From the NCBI GenBank assembly GCA_964035545.1, contig OZ037766.1:24296126-24360125 (forward strand): DNA of 64,000 bases, given 5' to 3'. How positions within the stretch are numbered: position 1 is the first letter of the stretch; every line of letters begins with the position of its first letter. The notes beneath the pieces were generated by a model. That model was not told the origin of the DNA, searched no databases, and was given only the letters and a program-made list of their open reading frames with translations. A program made the translations under genes and the position numbers. The DNA is from Bugula neritina. Lineage: Eukaryota; Animalia; Bryozoa. Positions 25,999 to 39,094 of the stretch are shown piece after piece.

Positions 25999-27814
25999 TC
26001 TACCTATCTATATATATCTTGCTTTTTATACTGTACTTAATATACTTCAAATAGAAGGTTTTCATACACACTTAAACATATTCAAATAAAATAATCTTAC
26101 CAACTAGCTACTTTTTCACAAAATTAGGTCATTTTCTTTAATTTATGTTGAATACAAAATAATAATATACATGAACACACCAGTAAGGAGACGTATTTGC
26201 CCCTGTATTCCCGCGTAGACCTCAACTCCAGATGTCTGCAAGCTCCAGCAGTGATATGGCAAAGGTGTACTCTTCACACAATATTCCTGCCCATTGGTGC
26301 ATACTGGGCCAACAACTTTCTTGTTTAGGTCCAACAATCTAAGCGCTTTATTCCAGAAATCAGCTACCAAATGCACGTTAGAACTTAAGGTAGTTATCGC
26401 TTTAGGATAATCAAATCTAGAATCACTCAGGTTGCCATCTACATAGCCCGTTTCTGTTGAACCAGCAATTTTTATATTTGAACTTATTCCTTCACTCGAC
26501 CAGGTGACTTGTGAAATGTAATGCTTATTCACAACGAGTAATTTTTTTTCAGTTGCAATGAAACTGGTGGGAAAGTTGAACCCTGATTTGATTACGGTAC
26601 TCAGTACACCGGAGTTCAAATTAACAGCTCTTATTGCGTTGTTGACTCTGTCGGTTATAAAAACTCTTTGTGGGTTTTCGCTATCAATGGCTACGTGCCA
26701 AGGGGAGGCGAGTCTCCCAGTTCCGATTTTACCTTCTTGGTATCCACCCCAACCACAAGTTCCAGCTATGGTAGTCACACCATTGTTTATTCTATTTAAG
26801 AGTTTTACACAGTGTTTCTTGCTTACAACGAAAACTACATGGGTGGAGTTTAATTGCTTGAATCCCGTAATATCCTGTTTAGAAACGGTCACAAGATTTG
26901 TAATTTTTTTTCCGTTTGTAGTCCCGAGATGAGAGTCAGTACTAAAGAGAAGACTTCTATCATTCTTATACCAGTCATCTTCCATGTGAAAAATTATTTT
27001 CTCTGTTTTTAAAAATATTTTGTTTTTCTTGAATATAAGGCTGAAAAAATAACACAATGTTATCTAAACACCATATTATATAAAAATAAAGTTATGAAAT
27101 AATTATTTGTAGTCTTGTGTGATGATTATATTGTAAAGTGAATTAAAAGTTTTCGGTTTCACAAGTCAAGTTTGAATGCTAATTAAGTGCTTTTAAATAT
27201 ATATGTATATATGCACCATCAGATTACCTTTCATACTGAGGATAGTTAATTACATTGTCTTCCTGCATTACCCTCGTCACCAGGAGCTAAAATACATTAC
27301 CATCTAGTATAGTTAGAAAATGTAGAAAATATCACTTCAATATGTTTGTTAAATATAATAATTGAAATTTTTAGAAAAAATTATTTTTATTACAAGGCAA
27401 AATCAAAATTTATTTCTATTGAAAAGAAAACAAAATAATGATATATTTTCATTTATTATATATTTTGATTGTTTGCTACAAATGCAGTTTGTTTGAGTAA
27501 TTCATTAAATATACAATGCATGAAATAAAAGGATGCCAACATAAATGAGTATGCTAAAAATTTGAATATTATTTTAAACCATATATAGAATATAAGTGAA
27601 ATAAAATCAAGTGTCTACAATATAATTGCTTGGGGAAGCAACTCTGCAGCCATTTCACTGATGTTATGTGTATAGAAAACAATATGCTACCAGATGTGGC
27701 CATTCATCACAAAATCTTAAGCAATTATGGCTGTTACAAAGTTCTAACAGTTATTACATTCCTAATTTAATAGACAAAACTAATAATTATAACAAAATTA
27801 TTTATTATGTGTTG

Positions 27815-27888
<74 letters not shown>

Positions 27889-28034
27889 CTTTAATAGTAC
27901 TTTTGCATGCCATTTGGATCATTTTATTTTTAAAACTTACCAATGTTATATTTATGCTTAAATAAATGTAAATGCGCAAATTAAGAAATTGTCTTACAGA
28001 TTTTACTCACGAAAATGACCAAACAGCGTTTCAT
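24539..28034 (-). CDS. NHL-like beta-propeller type I membrane protein, paralog 1 (Tyr-rich tail)
   Basis: Exons 28034-28011, 27286-27228, 27040-26181 (propeller), 25338-25204 (TM WVVVLIVFSILSIPVIIYLCW) and 24843-24539 (tail); intron phases 0/2/1/1 join in frame. Confidence 0.85.
25694..25886. repeat. Perfect inverted repeat (92-bp arms, 9-nt spacer) containing a hammerhead-like core
   Basis: 25694-25785 is the reverse complement of 25795-25886. CTGAAGA-T-GGGTAC-AGTG-GTACCC-GAAA-TATC at 25794-25825; flanked by (TA)n and (TTTA)n. Confidence 0.9.
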
Positions 28035-29698
28035 TCTTCTGCAAGTCTGCTTCTACTATGAATTATGTGACAGCTAGTGGTTCTCCACTCTCCTGCCACA
28101 AATTATAGTTTATTAAACATGTGCAGCAGAAGTACTATTTTTAGAGCAACTTAATCTCTATAAGTGATGGTTTGAGGTAACCCTGATGATGTCAGCCTTT
28201 TATATATTAACATAATGACTTTATCTTAATTCATTACCAACTCATGTAGCACTCTGCAAAGAAGAATCATTTCTAAAAGAATGGGCTGTGATTAGGGCAA
28301 CAAAACTTTACCAACCAATAATTTAGCAGCCGGAAAATTTAGCTATTCATATATTTATTAACATCTTAAGCAATGTAGAGATCAATTCTTATTCCAGAAC
28401 AAAGATTTCAAAGTCTTCTTAACTTTTATCGTTGGCCTAATTTTTGTAGTTGGAATTTAAAACTATGTATACATTTTTCTGTTCAGTACAGAAATTAATA
28501 GTTATTCTTCATAACTAATTTAAATTATTGGTCGAATTACTTGAAGGAGAGAAAATCTTGAATGCTAAATAAATGTTATTGTATCATAGCAAACATCCAT
28601 GCAATATATCATCTATAATTTATTAATTAGGCTTTTTAATATATAAACACTATTTTGATATTCTAACATAGTAACATCTTTTTTTAATGATATTTTATGA
28701 GTAATTTCATATAATATAATATGCTGCGTGGAGATAATAGAAATAGGCAATTGTTATTTGCACTAGATAGCTTTGAGTTAAATGTCTAACCAGAGTTTTC
28801 CAGTATAATCGATGTTCTTGCAAAGAGTTTCTATTCTCTCAACATCATCATTGTTATAATCTAAAAGACACTGAAGGATTTAAAATAAATAACGATAAAA
28901 TGTTTTTAAAATTTTTAATTTTGGAATGTCAAAAATGAACATAATTTTAATGGCTTTACCAGTTTATCAACTAAAATTTTTAAAACGTTTTGAAATGTAT
29001 TAAATAACTTACATTAGCATATTCAATTTTCTTATTATATATAAATAACTAAATTTAGTTTCATTTACTGCAATTAGAATATTTTTTGTTCAGTCACCTT
29101 CTGGTTGTTATAAATAGGTTAATCAACATAACTTCAGCAGACAGAGTAAACAGGTAAATAATATAATTTGTCAATTAGAAAGTTTTTTTACTTTAAATAA
29201 AAAACAAGGTAGAACCATGATTGATTAGTAGTAATTGTTGCCACATTTATTTTACCAAAAGAGGTTAAAATGCATTTTTTTTCCATTCCAAACAAACCAC
29301 ATGCATATATAGCTTTAATTAACTTTTTTAAACTGTTCAACTATTGAGTCATTGTTCTTACATATGCTTATTATTAAAACGACAAACAAACCACGAACTT
29401 TAGTTTTCTTGCTGTCTAGAAAATCTTAAATATTTTTGTTTGACTGACCAGCTTGAAACTTTTTGTAACGTACAGCAGTTGAATGTTGGTATAGACATTT
29501 ACATGAAAGGATCATTATCAAAATATAGAAAATCTTGAAATAAACTTTATAAAAGTAATTTTAGAAACATCCCCAAATAATCTTTTTGTACATTAACAAA
29601 ATTTTTACGAGAAGCTGTCCTGTTAATGAAGCTTGTTTCAATATTTGAAACGCATTTCAGGTTTATTTCAAATGCTGATTAGCTGTGCGTCATTAAAG

Positions 29699-32600
29699 AT
29701 GAAAAAGAAGACAACCCAAGCATACATGCTTACCAAAAGAATTAACAGCTTGTTACTGGTTCTACAGGTAAGTAAATGTATAGAAACTATTGTTTTAGAA
29801 GTCAAAGATTCTAACTTAATAGTTCATCTTGACTCTCAATGCCTTTGACAAACCCGAGAAAACATTTTTCATCAGAACAATGGTTTTATATTTTTATATT
29901 GCTGAAAACTATTTTAGCTTTTTACAATGGTTAGGTTTTTTTATAGTTACTCAATACAGATTAAGTTTTGCGCTAATTCACTGCTTTCCCACAGGTCACA
30001 TTATTTATTATTTTACATTGAAAGTTATTAAATTTTGTTGGGCACCTTTTTTGTTTCTTTCAAAAACCACAAATCATCAATGATTTCACATACCAACTCT
30101 ATACTTTGCTTTTATGTCAGAATTTTAAGTAATATATATAACAACTATATTATAAACATACTATTGTAGCAATCTGTCTTTAATCAGCTGTTGAGAAATT
30201 TTAGTTTTAATTAGTTTTTGCTACAATTTCCTTATTTCAATTAACCTTTAGCTAATTGCTTTAGTTTCCTACTAGCTCAGATATATAAAATAACTTCTTT
30301 CAGCTACTTAAATCTGTATTTGAGTTCCTCAATATGTGAGGCAATGCAATCTCTTCATGGTGAACTGTTAACAACTATAGACTCAAATTCTTTTTGAAAT
30401 TTTCAGATTCTTTATATACCTACACAGTTCATACTAAAAGTTTCATAACCATATTTTGCTGTTTAAAAAGTTATGCTTTACGCTGATGCTATGAATTTTT
30501 TCTTTATTGTTATAGCCATGACATTTTCTATTCTTAAGTTTTTAAATAAAATATTTGGTATACCAGTATTACTTTTGCTGCTACTACTGTATTCATTTCC
30601 CAAATGCAGATGTCCTCATTATCAAAATATTTTTGAATAATCCAAAGAAGTTACAGCTTTTAAGCTGTTGTTAATTGCTAATGACTTGAAAAATTGTGAG
30701 CATATCTTGATGTTTTATACTAAAATAGTGGCAAAAAACTATGATTATTATAACTTAGTGACAATATTTAACTTTTAAAAAAAAGTGTTTAAGACAAAAA
30801 ATCCTAAATTGTGAGTTATTTTATGCATTTGCGCTAGCAAAATTTTTATACAAGTTAGCTATTTACTTTTGCTGTGTTATACATTATAAGATTTGTATAA
30901 CTATTCATTATTATTATTTAAAATTTCAGATTTTGTCAATTTCAACGGTCAGAATGCAATCTGGTACAAGTAAATTATCAAGGTATTATAATAACTTTGG
31001 TTTTAGGTATAAAGCAATGAAATATGTGTGTACACGTGTGTTTGGGCAAATATATGCTCGTGTTTGCGTGTTTATATGTACATGGATAAAAATTTTATTT
31101 AACCCATAAAATTTTTTAAAGTTTTGAAATTTTTCAATGCAAAAGATACCAAATTCAACTTGTTTAATATTTTAGGGAAATATTTACTAAGCAAGGATCA
31201 TTTTTCAAAGCATTTGCAAATATACTTCACATAGAACGAGACTGGTACAAGAATGATGGCAGCATTATTTATAGCACTCAACACCGCGTGGCAACAACCA
31301 ATGGCAATAGAATTACCTCAACTCTGGTCCAATCAGCACATAGCTACTTCTCCGGATTTAAGCAAATTAACAAAACTCATTTGGTATTTTCAAAGGCAAA
31401 AAGTCATTGCGTAAAACTCATAAACAGAAAAAATAAAAAGACAGAAACATTGGCGGGTATTTGCGGAAGTCCCGGGATAAAAGATGGCACACTAGGAGTT
31501 GGCAAAATGCTGTTTCCTTACACAATTGACATAGATATAAAGAATCCAGAAAGGCTATTGATTCTTGATATTCAGCAAAATGCACTCAGGTTTTTGCTTT
31601 TCTACACAAAAGAGTTGGGTACTGTCATTCAATCCGGTTTTAATCTACCAATTTCTTTCGAGTGGACGGGTAGTGGTACATTGTTGGTAGCTAATCAACA
31701 TTATATCTCGGAGGTTCGGTGGGAGAATGACAGCTCTGTAACCAATGAGATGATTGTAGGATCCAACAGTTCTGGCAACAAGTACGGTATCTTCAGTAAT
31801 TCTAGATTCACATTTCCTTGTCACATAGAAAGAGCTGGAATAAACCAATATTATGTTACTGACTTTAACAATAAAGTTCTAAAATATGTGCAGTTAAGCA
31901 GTAAAAAAGTGGGGTATGTCTGTTTTGACTATGAAGGTATTTGTCACTCAGAAAGCTCAAAGCTTCAAGGTCTTCCAAAGGTCGTCTTAAAGGAAGGCGA
32001 TGATGTATACATTACATTTGATCGGTATATCTACAAGTACAAAACTAACCGTAAGTCAACTAAACATAATTAATTTTTCAAGTTGCTATAAAATGATTTT
32101 TTTTAAAACGTTGACTTTTTGGGTTAAACAAAACATGAACTTATTAAGTTAAACTATGTTGTTGATTATAATTTCTATGCAGATTATTACCTCAAGGAGA
32201 AGGTTCAGCTTTTGCCACCACCATCAGCTAAAACACCCTCTAAAATGAAGCCCAAACGTAAACAAGTTAGATTGCTTTCAAAGACTGCCTTATTGGTAAT
32301 TGGGTCTCTTGGTGGTTCAATGCTTTCCTTGCCAATTATTGCGATATGGTACTATGGATATTGGAAGAGCAGAGGTATGACTAATTGATTAAAAGTTGTG
32401 TGTTTACAAAAAAGACATATTGATAAACATAGTTTGGCAAATATTAAGCAACTAATAAAAACTATTGAATGGTTATTAACTCGCACAATGCTTTAAACAA
32501 TGACTCTAGTTTGTAGAATATTTAAATTTAGCTCAAATTTGATCCGTTTGATTAGATATACATTTATTTAATAGGCTGAAGTATTTTCTCAACTATTCCC

Positions 32601-32793
32601 TATAATTATTTCAATTCTATTGCGTGATATCTTATTAATGATTTTAATTTATATTGTTGAATGTCTTTTTTGTGTATTTTCTATCTTTTCAACAGATGAC
32701 ACCACCAGCTCTATTCCAACATCTGAAGCATACAAACAATATTACGAAGATGTCAAACCTGGTGACTATGAGAAGCTTATTACTCCTCTATAA
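29699..32793 (+). CDS. NHL-like beta-propeller type I membrane protein, paralog 2 (YEDV/YEKL tail)
   Basis: Exons 29699 (or ATG 29726)-29767, 30930-30982, 31176-32050, 32183-32374 (TM ..IIAIWYYGYW) and 32696-32793 (DDTTSSIPTSEAYKQYYEDVKPGDYEKLITPL*). Confidence 0.85.
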
Positions 32794-33654
32794 AGCTAAC
32801 TGCAAAAAATCACTATGCTGGATCATCTGTCCATAGAACTGCAATATGCAAGGAGTCTTACACAGTCTAAATATAGACAGCCATTGCTTAATGTGTCATC
32901 AGCATTTTATCAAGTCAAATTCTGATAAAATGTTTAATTTGTTATTCTTAATTTATTTTTATTTTTAGTCTAAAGAGAATAAATACAATAAAGAAAGCTA
33001 ATTTGTTTTTATCCCTTGTACACGTTTAAGATTCAAACTATACATTGATTTAAGTTATTTTTCGTTAATTCATAACAGATACTATAAATCTACTTAACTT
33101 TGTCAATCAAGTAAAATGTATTTATATTCAAGAAAAGCTGCTGGCAATACTGAGAAGGCAAAATTAGTTATACTTTCTTTGAACTGCAATTTAAAAGTTA
33201 TTTTATAGAAAATTATTAAACTGCAACTTTCTTTTAATAAAATACTATTATGGTTAAATAATTTTTTTAATGGTACGATAGATGTTTCACCAACTGTTGT
33301 TGCAATACACTAATCAAAGGTGACCAAAGTATAACCTAGTTGCTTAAATCAACAAATACTGAAAACACAATATTGTGTTTATAGTTCAGATAATATAATA
33401 AACACAAACATGATTTCAATAATATGCTAGTTTTTGATATATCACAACTTTCTTGTTCATAGTTTATATAGTTTCTAGCTGGTATAATGGAGTTTTCCTA
33501 TTTAGCATGCATTTACAACTATAATAATGTTATTTATTGATTATTATATTAGCTTGCATAAAGCAACTATCACATCGATAAATATAAAGAAAGCACATAT
33601 TGTGCTATGTTGCTAAATATACAATAAAAAATGAGTTTTAGGATTAAGAAAAAT

Positions 33655-36248
33655 CTAACATTCAACTTCAATTGCAACTTCATCTTCACAAAATAAATTA
33701 TCTTCATAAACAATCGTCATTGTGTGCTCATTGGGTGGATCATCAGGTATCTCTTCATAATGGTTCTCAATTTCACTGTACAGGGAATCACTCCTTTCCA
33801 GAATAGTGTGTCTTCTTTCAGTGATATTACCTTCACCAGATGTGAAAGATGTTTCTTGGGCTGATATACGGCAATTCGGTTGATTGATACTGGTTTGAAT
33901 TGAGCCTGATTGGTCTAATAGTGGATGCTTTCCTATAATATTAAGAATAGAATATTAAAAAATATTAAATTTATAGCAAATTTATTGGCATGATAAACAG
34001 GTTATATAATTCTAAACAGTTAAAGCAGGCTTTAATGGCAATTTGAGTTTTCTTGTTGCTGATCTAGTGTCTAGAAAATATAGAATAGCTTATGGCAATG
34101 TCTAAAAAATGGTCACAATTAAAAAGAACAGATATTTTGAAAATTATTTTCAAGAAAATTAAAAAAAAGAAAAAGTAAAACTAGGGGTGAAGATATAAAA
34201 AATAAAAAGAAGGAAAAATACTAAATGTATGCAAAATGTTCCAGAAAAATATTCAATTGATTTTTAGTTATGTAACCAACTTTATGCACTAAATATTTTT
34301 TTACCTTGATTCCTTAAATACCTGGATGCAAGAACAATAACAACAATAGAAATCAGTAACCCAGATGCAATTCCAATAGAAAGAGTAGTGAGTAGTTGGG
34401 GGTTGGCTGAATGGTATGATGGACTCGTAGTGTTCTGATTCAAAAATTTTGAAGAAGATTGTGAAGCAGCTGAACTAGAGTCGTAGTTTGATGTCGTAGA
34501 TTCAGTCTTTGAAAGGTCATTGGCAGTAATAACATGTAACCTGTTGACCCTGTGCTGCTTCTTTGTATTGTAAAACATTGGAGATGTAATCTGCTTTAAA
34601 GAAGATTGTCTTAAAGATGTTTGGGAATAACGGGATTGATTCAATGTCACTGTAAGTGATGGAGTCTTGCTCGAAGCTCTTATTGGTTGGTTGAGCATGG
34701 AGCTCGTGACAGCAGATGGTGATTTAGAGTTTAGCGGAGAAGATCTTGCGCTGCCAGGTGTATTTAAGGGAGAGACATGATTTGCTTTTTCTTTGTCAAC
34801 TGACAGCTTGGTGTCAAAACTTGAGTTTTGAAGTTCTGAGATATTATTTTGCAAAGCAGCATCTTCTAACTGTGAATCTAATATAAGGCCTAAAACATGT
34901 GTTGACAAAATATTGCAAAAATAATGATTAATTACTTGAATTTGCTGCTTTTGCATAATGGTATGAGTCCGTTCAACTATAATTAGTTTAAATTATGTGT
35001 TAATGTGCTAATGTGTTATATCTGCAAACTTTCATTTATGATTAAATTACAAAATTTGTATATTAAGCTTATGATTGGTAAATTACTTCTTAATGAACTA
35101 AATTTATGGACTTTAGTGAAAAGTGACTCGTTTATTCATTCTGAATTCTATAACCAATTAGTTACTTCAAATAACCTAAATAACTTAAAAATGTATCACC
35201 AACATAAATTCATAGAATAACTTTCAATTTTGTAAGTCATGTAAACTGTCTAAAATTGAACTAGGGCACTGCACCACACATAAATATGAGGTTTAATTTT
35301 ATGTTTACATGATACGAACCACTCAGCTGATAAATGTCACGCCACAGTCCTACATACACGTCATTCCTCACTTTGAGCACAGAGAGCGGAGAGTTTGGGA
35401 GTTTACTGCTAGTTGAGCAAGGTCTTTCACCGTAGATACAGACAGGACCAACTGTTTGCTCGTTGAAGTCTAGTAGTCTCAATACTTTGTTGAAATGATC
35501 AACTACCATGTACACACCTGGGCCCACCTGTTCAAGGTTGTTCGGGTAACCAAATTTGGACTCCTCAAAAGAGCCATCTCGATAGCCATTACGTAGTGAG
35601 CCAGCCACAATATGATTTGTCACAGAACCGTTACTCAACCATGCGACTTGTGAAATATAATTTTCATTTGCTACTAATAATTTGGTGCCAGCCCAGGCCA
35701 TTCCTGTTGGTCTTACAAAACCTGATTGGATGACAGTTCCTAGCTCTCCTGTATCCAGCTCTACAGACCTCAGGGCTGAATTATACTCATCGATCACTAA
35801 CAATCTGCTTTGGTTTGCCACATCAATTTCAATACTCTGAGGGTAATTCAAGCGACCAGTTCCCGGTTTGCCCTCTCTATACCCTTTTGAACCACAAGTT
35901 CCTGCAAAATCGTATGTGTTGTTGTTTTCTCTATTGAACGCTTTAATGCAGTGTTTATTTTGAAAGACTATAATGACATGAGTCGTGTTTATTTGTTTGA
36001 AACTTTTCATAGAGTTTGTTGAGTCAGTAAATAAAGTCGATGTAGTTTTCCCATCAGTTGTACGGATGCTATCCCAAGTATTAAGTATAATGTTCCCATT
36101 TTCTTTATAATGATCTATTTCCATATGAAATACAGCCCTTGGTGTGTTTAGAAACTGCTGGGAGCTATTGAATGAGGCACTGAAATATAATTATAAATAT
36201 TCTATATTTTGTATTCTATATAGCCTATAAAATTATGCATATATTTAG

Positions 36249-36313
<65 letters not shown>

Positions 36314-36534
36314 CACTCTCACCATGGTCACAAACTCAAGCTGCTAGCATTTTGCAATGCTCGTGACTCCTAGGTGACTCCTAGAGTCACTTGAGCACTC
36401 TGGCTTGAGTTTACACACCTTTTAAATATGCTTTAGTAAAACTATAAGTTTCTACTATTGCGAAGGTGTGGGCCATGGTACTCTGTTCTGTGCTGATGAG
36501 GGGACAAATCCCGAAACAGCTGCTGTCCACAGAT

Positions 36535-36632
<98 letters not shown>

Positions 36633-38567
36633 AAATGCAATAATCTAATTATTTACATAATTTTGCCAGTAGCTTTAGTAGAACTAATCTTGAGTATTTT
36701 TATCTGATAAGCTATCACTGGCAACACTGGGCGAACAAGGAAACATTTGTTTGCTAAAGGTAGGTGGAGTCCAAAGTTCAGTATTACGCAAACTAAACAC
36801 CCTGATGATAAAGTGCATCAACCTGATTGTCATTTTAACATAAGCTTAAGGGTAAAACTTGAAAATAAACTGTATTATATATACCCGAAGTTAATGATAG
36901 TTTAATTGACAGTAAATAGTAGTTTGAAGCCTTGAGTCTAAACTCTAGTGTATGGTCATGTGCAATGCAATATAGTACTTATTATATATACTTGAAATTA
37001 GGAGTATTCTTTTAACAACTTGTATTCATTTAAGTCATATATATTTTTTACTTCAATAATGCAATAGAATGTGTGCTAAATTATCAACATCCATGATATC
37101 TTATGATATCTTGGTAAAAATTTGAACGCTGATAGTGACTAGATAATTAAGTCCATTTGAAAAACATATGCATTACCTTGAAGGTTTTCCCTTGTTTGTA
37201 GCAGACTTTACAGATGCGCAAAGGTGTAAGAAAATCTGTAACAAAAATATTTTAGCATTTATTCATGGGCTGCCACATTAATTCTAAAAAATGCTCTTTG
37301 TATATTATATGGTTGAAAGCTATGCCAAAAAAAATCCCCAGTCATCTCAAACTCTTTGTACTCTCTTACAGTAATATAACTATATAATATGACACTAGAT
37401 TTTAAGTGCAAAGCAATATCAGCCACAGTAGCTCTAAAAACATCCCAACAATAAATAGCAACATCTAGCAAACTTTTTTAAAGATTAATTCTTAATATTT
37501 CCAAAACTAAAACAATTACCAACACTGATTGCATTACCAAATTTAATTTCACATATAGACTTCTATTTAAATTATTTTTGTAATTAAATTGTATTATTTT
37601 GACTAGACTTAGGCACTTAGACTTCGCATAATTCTTTATTTGTTCTTTTCAATAACTATATTACTTGTTTCTATATTTTATCAATGTTTTTTAGAGGAAG
37701 ATAAATAAACTACCTATAATAAACTTCATTATAGGCTAAATTTTTATGTTAGTAGTTGCATTAGGAATGATTATGAGCCGATATTTAATATAAAAAGTAC
37801 TTTATTTAAAATTAGATTTATCTATACAAACAATGTAAAAAGAGTCAAGAAAAACCCTAAAAACACCAGCCTTTCAACTGAAAAGCTTCTCTTTACCTTT
37901 ATCCCAGCACCTATAATATATGGGTCAGTAAAGCTTTAGTCTTTTTTACCCTGCTGTGTATTTAAAAGATATCTACAACCAATGCCTCAATTTTTTATGA
38001 TAATCAAATTAGACAGACATGAACTGGCAACTTATTTGATAGTGCAGTATTTTAGGATTAGTGGATATTATCAGCACATAATATAACCAGTGAAGAAAGG
38101 TGAAGGTGAAATGGCAGATCCTAGCCACAGGTTATAACAAACTACAATTATTTATCCACACACTAAAAAAGCTAATGGTGTTATTTAAATCTGTATGTCA
38201 AAGATTTTTATATCTGAAAAAAAAATTACCAGGGTTTAGCCTGAGACTTAGTTTGCGCCATGCAGTTAGAGCATTCACGGCAGACAGTTTTTTCACCATC
38301 TTGTTTATTATGTATTTAGCCGATCGCCTGCTATCGGTTTGCTTGAGCCAAGTCAACCCGTTTTAAATACTGCTGTCTCAACTATAGGTATAAGTTGTTT
38401 ACTAAGTTTTAGGCAACTATTTTGTTTTTGCTATCGTACACTGGCTGCTGGAAATATTTCATTTTTATAATTTCTAGATTCCAGATCTGTGGAATGAAAT
38501 GCCAATAATGTAACAAATGATAATAGCATACTGTACTTACAAGAAGAGTAGTTAGCAGTCCAGCCAT
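33655..38567 (-). CDS. NHL-like beta-propeller type I membrane protein, paralog 3 (long Ser/Thr stalk, ITIM+YEEI tail)
   Basis: Exons 38567-38541 (MAGLLTTLL), 37235-37177, 36179-35320, 34877-34305 (stalk plus TM) and 33932-33655 (..[13 protein letters not shown]..). Confidence 0.85.
36311..36537 (+). mobile_element. 5'-truncated copy of the hammerhead repeat inserted in (TA)n
   Basis: Reverse complement of about 16608-16834; long (TA)n on both sides. Confidence 0.85.
36487..36533 (+). ncRNA. Type I hammerhead ribozyme, canonical core
   Basis: Stem I TCTGTG/CACAGA; CTGATGA; stem II GGGA-CAAA-TCCC; GAAA; stem III ACAGC-T-GCTGT; GUC triplet with predicted cut after 36527. Confidence 0.92.
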
Positions 38568-39094
38568 TGGTCCTTTTAGTCCAAAGTTTTTAGTAGTTAG
38601 TATAACAAGTAATCAGTAATAATATTTTGATGAGTTATACTAAAACTAGTTGATCAACAAGTATCAGTGAATATATGTAACTATAATATACAAGTTATAA
38701 ATTATAGAGCTCAAGAGCTTGACGTAGCACCACAATCTCAGATTGTTCTGGGTATCCTAATTTACAGCAGGCCCTACATGCAGTTGCCGAGAACCAAGGT
38801 AGTTATCTATCTAAGTAAGTTGGATAACAAATTAATTGTAAAGACTGTATAACTTTGTTTGTGTAGTTAAAGAATGTATAGCCGTGCCTTATCTGAATCA
38901 GTTCATCTCCTATCATATTTGACAATCAAATTGTGCCTAGTAGTTTGAATAGCAATTTTAGGTCACATTTATAGCACTATAAATTTTAAATCAAGGTCTA
39001 ACAATAGATAAAATATTTTATTAACATGTTCGCAAAGTTAATCCTTCTAATTGCCAGTATTTCAAATTTCGAATGTCAGTAATAAAAACTGAAG

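Noticed and set aside
25154-27961. ORFs with (YI)n or (YLFI)n runs (also near 16.5, 23.0 and 36.5 kb, and (HT)n at 53.7 kb)
   Set aside because: Translations of (TA)n, (TTTA)n and (CA)n microsatellites; only the TM-coding part of 25154..25438 is a real exon.
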